DNA of 32,000 nucleotides, taken from contig NZ_LN885086.1 of the NCBI RefSeq assembly GCF_001458695.1, forward strand, positions 2,700,001-2,732,000, written 5' to 3'. The notes under the pieces were generated by a model that saw only the letters and a list, made by a program, of their open reading frames with translations, had not been told where the DNA came from and searched no databases. This document shows, one piece after another, positions 1-5,507 of the stretch. The stretch is from Candidatus Nitrospira inopinata. GTDB lineage: Bacteria > Nitrospirota > Nitrospiria > Nitrospirales > Nitrospiraceae. Numbering within the stretch: the first letter of the stretch is position 1; each line of letters starts with the position of its first letter. The translations under genes and the position numbers were made by a program.

Positions 1-1
1 C

Positions 2-1282
2 CCCAATTGGGCCGGCCTGATCGCCGGCTTATTGCTGACCGCGGTCACGACGGGATTATTTCTGGGAATTTTGAAACTCTTTCGTTCCCTCTTTCCACAA
101 GTAATCGAAAAAGTTTCACAATGGGGTCGCACCACCAAATACTGCCTCAAGATCCAACGAGTGGAGCTCTTGTCCGGAACGCAGATCGCGGACGGCGCCT
201 TGGGCGCCGTCCGCATCTTGCGCGTCGTGGCGTACGCTTCGTTGGTTTATCTCTACGTTACATCGATCCTTGGATTCTTTCCCGCCACTCAACAGTTGTC
301 CCTCGAACTACTGGGATATCTTATCGAGCCGATCAAATTGATCGGTCTGACGTTCGTTTCCTCCCTTCCTGATTTTATCGCGATCGTCATCATCGCTCTT
401 GTCACCAAATACATCATCAAGTTGATTCATTTGTTCTTCACCGGAATCGAGCGAGGAGCCATCACCTTCCAGGGGTTTCACCGCGATTGGGCCACGCCCA
501 CGTACAAGATCGTTCGGTTCTTCGCCCTCGTCTTCGCGGCCGTGGCCATTGTTCCGTACATCCCCGGCTCCCATTCGGAAGCGTTCAAGGGCATTTCGGT
601 TTTTCTTGGCGTGTTGGTGTCATTGGGAGCCGCCGGATCGTTCAGCAACATCGTGGCCGGCATCGTGTTGACGTACATGCGGCCGTTCAGCGTCGGAGAT
701 CGCGTCAAGATCGCTGAAACGACGGGCGATATCACCGAAAAAACTCTCCTGGTGACGAGGGTTCGAACCAATAAGAACGTGGACGTGACCATTCCCAACG
801 CATTGGTCTTGAGCTCCCATATCATCAATTTCAGTTCGTCGGCCACGAACCCGCCTCCGCTTATTCTGAACACCAGCGTAACGATCGGGTACGACGTTCC
901 GTGGAGGAAAGTCCACGAATTGCTGCTCGCGGCTGCCAAACGCACGACGCACATTCTGGAGACGCCGGAGCCGTTCGTCTTGCAAACAAGTCTCAATGAC
1001 TTTTACGTCACGTACGAGATCAATGGATACACCAAACACCCCAACAAAATGGCGACCATCTACGCCGAGCTTCATCAACACATTCAAGACCAGTTCAACG
1101 AAGCGGGCGTGGAAATCATGTCGCCTCACTACACCCAAGTGCGCGACGGCAATAAAACGACAATCCCCGATGAATACTTGCCAAAAGGCTACCAGGTTCC
1201 CGGCATCCGCATTTGGCCGCTGCGCTCGTCCCGCGTGCGCTCCGAATCTCCATCCCCAGACGGAGATACCCGCCGACTATGA
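2..1282 (+). CDS. Mechanosensitive ion channel, MscS family (5' end probably lies outside the window)
   Basis: The frame is open from nt 2 to the window edge, and the first listed start (32) is TTG. There are several N-terminal TM helices, then an MscS-type beta-domain signature (FSVGDRVKIAETTGDITEKTLLVTRVRTNKNVDVTIPNALVLSSHIINFS). Stop at 1280-1282. Confidence 0.85.
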   Translation, partial: PNWAGLIAGLLLTAVTTGLFLGILKLFRSLFPQVIEKVSQWGRTTKYCLKIQRVELLSGTQIADGALGAVRILRVVAYASLVYLYVTSILGFFPATQQLSLELLGYLIEPIKLIGLTFVSSLPDFIAIVIIALVTKYIIKLIHLFFTGIERGAITFQGFHRDWATPTYKIVRFFALVFAAVAIVPYIPGSHSEAFKGISVFLGVLVSLGAAGSFSNIVAGIVLTYMRPFSVGDRVKIAETTGDITEKTLLVTRVRTNKNVDVTIPNALVLSSHIINFSSSATNPPPLILNTSVTIGYDVPWRKVHELLLAAAKRTTHILETPEPFVLQTSLNDFYVTYEINGYTKHPNKMATIYAELHQHIQDQFNEAGVEIMSPHYTQVRDGNKTTIPDEYLPKGYQVPGIRIWPLRSSRVRSESPSPDGDTRRL

Positions 1283-1507
1283 ACGCGCTTATCAATGTGC
1301 CGTATTACTCCACACGGGACCAACAGGGTCTTCTCCGGGAGAAACGGCAGGCCGGGGTCTGAAACCGCAGCAATCGCAAGCACGTGGACTTCCTTATCCA
1401 TCTTATCCATGAACATTTTTTCGCCCCGGCCTCGGCTCGATGATCTCTCGTCGGCGATGTCATGATGGATAGGGCTCACGAAAACGCTGTTTTCTTTTCC
1501 TCCTGCC

Positions 1508-1536
1508 TTGACTCACGCGGACGAACCGCGTTAATT
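1508..1536 (+). promoter_or_regulatory. Candidate sigma70-type promoter for the tRNA gene
   Basis: TTGACT (1508-1513), a 17-nt spacer, then TTAATT (1531-1536). The -10 element ends 10 nt before the mature tRNA 5' end at 1547. The spacer contains a small palindrome, CGCGG-acgaa-CCGCG. Confidence 0.45.
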
Positions 1537-1546
1537 TCCAAACCGT

Positions 1547-1622
1547 GGCGGTGTAGCTCAGTTGGCAGAGCAGCGGACTCATAAGCCGCGGGTCGGGGGT
1601 TCGATCCCCTCCACCGCCACCA
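1547..1622 (+). tRNA. tRNA with anticodon CAT (elongator tRNA-Met type; a lysidine-modified tRNA-Ile2 cannot be excluded)
   Basis: Manual cloverleaf fold. Acceptor GGCGGTG pairs with CACCGCC. D arm is GCTC-AGTTGGCA-GAGC. Anticodon loop is CT-CAT-AA. T arm is GGGGG-TTCGATC-CCCTC. Discriminator A with encoded CCA. The 1:72 pair is G:C, so it is not initiator-like. Confidence 0.93.
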
Positions 1623-1702
1623 TGTCGATGCCCGCTCCTTTCCTCGGTTTTTCATCATTCGGCTGACAAGTCACTCTGTCTCTGCTTGCGTTGCATGCGC
1701 GT

Positions 1703-2071
1703 CTAGTGCCCCATCATGCCCTTCATCTCGTTTTTCATGCCTTTCATCTCATCTCCCATGCCCTTGACGTCGTTCTTGACCTCCTCGCCAGCGTCTTTCA
1801 TCACATGCCCCTTGTGTTTCACCTCGTCGGCCTTGTCCTTCACGCCGGCTTTCATCTCTTCTTTCTTGCCGATCATCTCCGCGCGGGCTTTGTCTTTCTG
1901 ACCAAGCACGCCGGAAGTCATTTGGTCTTTCTTGCCCATTACATCGGCCTTCACCGCTTCTTTCTCGCTCCGGACATCGGCTTTGATCTTACCGATCTCG
2001 TCCGCGGCGACGGGCAAACCCATTCCCCCCAGGCACACAAACACCAAGGCGATAAACCCGAGCTTGCTCAT
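1703..2071 (-). CDS. Secreted Lys/Met-rich repeat protein, function unknown
   Basis: Strong SD (AGGAGG) 8 nt upstream of the ATG at 2071. Signal peptide MSKLGFIALVFVCLGGMGLPVAA|DE with a V-A-A cleavage motif. The mature part contains tandem 11-residue units (MGKKDQMTSGV / LGQKDKARAEM / IGKKEEMKAGV) and a Met-rich C-terminus (GMGDEMKGMKNEMKGMMGH). Confidence 0.7.
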   Translation of the reverse strand: MSKLGFIALVFVCLGGMGLPVAADEIGKIKADVRSEKEAVKADVMGKKDQMTSGVLGQKDKARAEMIGKKEEMKAGVKDKADEVKHKGHVMKDAGEEVKNDVKGMGDEMKGMKNEMKGMMGH

Positions 2072-2219
2072 GACAATACCTCCTGTGGATTGAATAACGG
2101 ATAGTACGACGTTGCGTGACCGCTCTCACTTTCACGGAAAGCGATGCAACGGACGAACGCAACCTGAAGCCGGCTGCGATCGCTCGACGAAAGCGGCTCA
2201 AGAGTTATATCATGGATCG

Positions 2220-2405
2220 ATGGGACTCCGCGGGAAAATTCTGATCGGACTTGGAGCGAGTCTCATCGCATGGGGCCTCACCGGTGACTGGCCTGTGGAG
2301 AGTGATCCGACACTTCCGGAAACCCGGTCGTTTTTCTTGTTTCTGGGAGGAGTCGTGGGAAGCGCCGGATTGCTGATCGCGATCCGAGGAGGAGGAGATA
2401 CGTAG
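2220..2405 (+). CDS. Possible small two-TM membrane protein (61 aa)
   Basis: An internal ATG of ORF 2112-2405 gives MGLRGKILIGLGASLIAWGL...FFLFLGGVVGSAGLLIAI, with two hydrophobic helices. There is no convincing SD, and the part of the ORF upstream of this ATG does not look protein-like. Confidence 0.3.
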   Translation: MGLRGKILIGLGASLIAWGLTGDWPVESDPTLPETRSFFLFLGGVVGSAGLLIAIRGGGDT

Positions 2406-2441
2406 AAATTGTCTCGTCCCAGCCGGCGTTCCGGGACAGAG

Positions 2442-3125
2442 TCACCCCCTGGCGGCTGATCGGAAATACAGTTTGAACACCACGCGCCTGCTTCTCTCTC
2501 GGTCGGGAAACCCTAAAGCATTCCGAAGAAGCTCTTGGCTCCCCCTTCCGTTTGCCGACACCTTCCGTTGAAAGCAGGCATAGGCCCACGGTGCACGGTC
2601 TCGAATCGCCACGAGGCTTTTTGACAGCACGGCAAATGAGCGTTCCTGGCTCAACTTGAGGTTTCGGATATCGTCTCCCTGGTCGTCGGTGTGGCCTTCG
2701 ATCACAAACGTCTCCACCTCATCGCCGTGCGGTCCGCAAAGAACGGCCGCGTAGCGAGGCATCGCTTCCGTTAAGAACGCCTCGGCCGCCGGAGAAAGTA
2801 CGCTCTTGCCGAACGCAAAGTTCAGGACAGTGTCCGGCACCGCCACCCTGAGCAGTGACGGATCATCCGCCCGCGCGATCGTAAGACCGTCAGACTCCAT
2901 CTCCCGACGAAGCACGTCAACGGCGGAAACCGTGGGCGCCGACGGCGATGGATTGTCTCCAGTCCCCGTGACACTCTGGGCCGCCAGCAATAACATGCAC
3001 ACCACGGCAAGCGACGTCATGAGATCGGTCGTCCCCGCCGCCGTCGAGAAGCTTCCCTCTTCGGAATCATGCGGCCCGAACGATCGGCGTTCCATGTCCA
3101 TCCTTGGCTTCCCCCGCCACGGCAT
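2442..3125 (-). CDS. MotB/OmpA-like stator anchor protein (single TM plus a peptidoglycan-binding OmpA_C-like domain)
   Basis: The ATG at 3125 directly abuts the TAG (3126-3128) of the upstream gene. The TM is preceded by an Asp (TTD34LMTSLAVVCMLLL, like the D-x-M-T-x-L signature of MotB-type proteins). The C-terminal OmpA-like motifs are FAFGKSVLSP, EGHTDDQGDDIRNLKLSQERSFAV and RSRRVVF. Confidence 0.8.
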   Translation of the reverse strand: MPWRGKPRMDMERRSFGPHDSEEGSFSTAAGTTDLMTSLAVVCMLLLAAQSVTGTGDNPSPSAPTVSAVDVLRREMESDGLTIARADDPSLLRVAVPDTVLNFAFGKSVLSPAAEAFLTEAMPRYAAVLCGPHGDEVETFVIEGHTDDQGDDIRNLKLSQERSFAVLSKSLVAIRDRAPWAYACFQRKVSANGRGSQELLRNALGFPDRERSRRVVFKLYFRSAARG

Positions 3126-4340
3126 CTACGGCCACAGGCGGGACAATCGCCACCCAGCCTTCTGAGCCTCTGCGGTAGCCGGAGGCGATGCCTTTCTTCT
3201 CCGTCGATCGTCGAGCTGCTCGATCAAGCGATTGACATCGTGAGCGGACAACGCATCGGGGGGCCGCAGCGATTCAAGCGACCGGCGCAGCTCATCAACG
3301 GCGACACAGACCGGCTCCGTAATTCGGGCCAGTGCGCCCCGCACTTCTTCGCCGATCGTCGACGCGAGGCGCTCCCGCTGAACTCGCAGATCCTCTTTCC
3401 TCAATAAAGCGAGGCTCTTGGAGATCTCCTCTAGAACCTCGACCGCCGCGTCCATCCGCTGATGGACGGCCTTGATCCCTTGAAGCGCCGTACGGTCCGC
3501 ACCGATGTTTTCATACTCGCCGCCGCCCGTTGCAACCGACGCGCGGCCAAGCGCGCCATGATCTCGAACCTTTTGTGGAAACATCTCGTCGAGAAGCGCG
3601 ATGATCCGGCGATGACGATCGGTCAGTCCGTGCCAACTGGATTTTTCCAACAGGAGAAAGACATTGGCGCACGCGAGCCCGATAATCGAGGTCACAAATT
3701 TTCCGGCCAGACCATTGATGAAGCCGGGAAGTCCCTCGATCCGGGTCCCGTTCGCATGTAATTTACCGAGCCCGATCAGAATGGCCAGAAAAGTGAACAA
3801 CAAGCCGATGCCCGTCAAAAAAGACGGCAAATGGCGGTAGAACTGGTGATTTACATGGCTCGTGCAGGCTGCCTCAAACGAAAAACATTCCGCAGCCGAT
3901 TTATCGGCATACACGGTCGGCTCCAGAAACCAGGACGATTGTTCGACCGAAAGACTTCTGCGGAAGACCAGCCAGTCTCGCGCATAAGTCGGCTCTCCGC
4001 CCATGATGCGATCTAAGGCCATGAGATCGTCGAGATCTCGCTGCTCCACCGGATCGTTCACCCTGTTTGCCCGTTTCCTCGCCTCATCGGAGAACACGAC
4101 CCACTCCGGGGCGGCTTGCCGCCTTCTCCGGACAAGCCGCAGAAGCTGCGGCTCGATCCGCTCCATCGCCGCGCGCAGCCGCCGGATGCCTCGGAGGAAA
4201 CGTCCGCCGTGCCAGAGGAAAAGAACGATAATTGCCATGGATCCGATGCAACTCGCCAGCGGGATCTGAAATCCGTCAAGAAGAGGCACATCGCGCGTCA
4301 CCCAGTCCCATACGTCATCGATGGCCGACAGGAAACTCAT
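3126..4340 (-). CDS. MotA/ExbB/TolQ-like ion-channel (stator) protein with a ~165-aa helical C-terminal tail
   Basis: Start chosen at ATG 4340 (MSFLSAIDD), with GGAGAGGG upstream; the listed ORF starts at TTG 4367. It has one N-terminal TM and a ~135-aa soluble region. A TM pair follows (LPSFLTGIGLLFTFLAILIGL ... GLAGKFVTSIIGLACANVFLLLEK) that is typical of MotA_ExbB-family channels. The tail is charged and heptad-like (AVEVLEEISKSLALLRKEDLRVQRERLAS...). Confidence 0.7.
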   Translation of the reverse strand: MSFLSAIDDVWDWVTRDVPLLDGFQIPLASCIGSMAIIVLFLWHGGRFLRGIRRLRAAMERIEPQLLRLVRRRRQAAPEWVVFSDEARKRANRVNDPVEQRDLDDLMALDRIMGGEPTYARDWLVFRRSLSVEQSSWFLEPTVYADKSAAECFSFEAACTSHVNHQFYRHLPSFLTGIGLLFTFLAILIGLGKLHANGTRIEGLPGFINGLAGKFVTSIIGLACANVFLLLEKSSWHGLTDRHRRIIALLDEMFPQKVRDHGALGRASVATGGGEYENIGADRTALQGIKAVHQRMDAAVEVLEEISKSLALLRKEDLRVQRERLASTIGEEVRGALARITEPVCVAVDELRRSLESLRPPDALSAHDVNRLIEQLDDRRRRKASPPATAEAQKAGWRLSRLWP

Positions 4341-4552
4341 GGTCGCGCGCCCTCTCCACAGATTCAATCGTGAACGACACGTTCAAGATTCACGCCGCGC
4401 CAATTCATCGTTCCGTCATGAACTTGAGAAGCCTTCGCAAGAAGAAAGATCCCCGTGAGCGGGCATTTGTGCCCGAACCAGGAAATTTTTTCCTCACGAC
4501 GGAGAGAGCGGGAAGGGAACATCGACGGTGGGTCGGAATCGGATGGATTCTT

Positions 4553-4822
4553 TTACTGTTTCAGCAAGAGACGGTTTGCCTCCGCAATCGCCTTAAGAAG
4601 AGCGGCCCGCTCCTTCTGATTGCCCTTCGAAATCGGCACACCGTCCGCAAATCGTTTTGCGGCCTGACTCAAGGTTCGCAATGTATCAGCCAAGGAATCG
4701 CCTTCGGCGGAAGGATCATGTTCGGCGTCTCGGAACAGCTTGTGGCGTCTTCTCGGTCCCACATAGAGTTGCGGCGCAATCGGATTGTCCTTTTCCAATT
4801 CAGGTCGCCTGAAGATTCCCAT
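4553..4822 (-). CDS. Hypothetical small protein (89 aa), ORFan
   Basis: ATG at 4822 is preceded by GGGAG with a 6-nt spacer. The composition looks protein-like, with a helical C-terminus (KERAALLKAIAEANRLLLKQ). I recognise no motif. Confidence 0.4.
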   Translation of the reverse strand: MGIFRRPELEKDNPIAPQLYVGPRRRHKLFRDAEHDPSAEGDSLADTLRTLSQAAKRFADGVPISKGNQKERAALLKAIAEANRLLLKQ

Positions 4823-5003
4823 TGTTTTCTCCCACAACGACGCTCGGCGCTGCTCCGTACCACGTGGTATGAGCCGGCCGATTGTCTCCTCCAGGAGGGG
4901 AGAGTTTGAATGGAGACCACACTCGCTCTCCCCGTCCCGACGCTGCTTCGTTCATGCGCCTGATCGCGCGCCCTCCGTTTTTTCCCAAAGGAAACGGGAG
5001 CCG

Positions 5004-5330
5004 CTAGTGACACCTGGCGATCAATCGCCCTCTCCTTCTTCGTGCCAGAGGGAGCCGCACGGGAACCCACTCTTCTTCCCTCACCGGCACGGCCAACATG
5101 ATCATCGAAAGCTTCTGATACATTTTCTCCAATTCTCGGCACCGTTTGACAAAACGGCCGGAGGAGAGTTTCGGGAAATAACCGCGGTATTTCTCATAAA
5201 ACCTTGCCCGTTCTTTCCACCGCTCCGCATAACATCTGAGCAGCCAGGCAGCCGACTCCCAAAGACGAAAGGGCTCCCGTTTTATCGTCTGAAGCCTTGT
5301 GGTCGGCGGAGCCATGATCATGTCTTTCAT
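5004..5330 (-). CDS. Hypothetical small basic protein (108 aa), ORFan
   Basis: ATG at 5330 (MKDMIMAPP) is preceded by a strong SD, AAGGAGGAG. The protein is rich in Trp, Arg, Lys and Tyr and looks helical (FRLWESAAWLLRCYAERWKERARFYEKYRGYF). I recognise no motif. Confidence 0.45.
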   Translation of the reverse strand: MKDMIMAPPTTRLQTIKREPFRLWESAAWLLRCYAERWKERARFYEKYRGYFPKLSSGRFVKRCRELEKMYQKLSMIMLAVPVREEEWVPVRLPLARRRRGRLIARCH

Positions 5331-5507
5331 GTTCTCTCCTCCTTTGTTGATCCCTCGTGCCGTGGGATTAAACATCGTTTCTTGCCCGCACCGCCACTAT
5401 AATTGCGTATCATGAGAACGGCATTAGTCCAACATGAAAACCATCTCATGAAGACAACGTCCATAAATGGAATGAAAAATCCCGTCGTCTTCGATCAACC
5501 GCGACTC

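Noticed and set aside
1189-1479. 96-aa minus-strand ORF between mscS and the tRNA
   Set aside because: It overlaps the mscS 3' end by ~90 nt. No SD precedes any Met, there is no recognisable motif, and its 5' part is low-complexity.
1691-2104. 137-aa His-rich plus-strand ORF (HLVFHAFHLISH...)
   Set aside because: It is the antisense mirror of the Met/Lys-rich repeat gene (ATG/AAG codons read as CAT/CTT). It has no SD, whereas the minus-strand gene has AGGAGG and a signal peptide.
5389-5397. 9-nt match (CACCGCCAC) to the tRNA 3' acceptor end (1612-1620), as a possible att-site repeat
   Set aside because: A 9-mer is expected by chance at appreciable frequency in 32 kb on two strands, and no integrase is present. 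It is mentioned only as a caveat in the islet finding.
4232-5402. Plus-strand ORFs 4232-4909 and 4785-5402, and minus-strand ORF 4669-5142
   Set aside because: Their translations look non-protein-like (Arg/Ser/Pro-rich with scattered Cys). They also conflict with the two SD-preceded minus-strand small ORFs, so I kept those as the better models. The whole interval remains low confidence.
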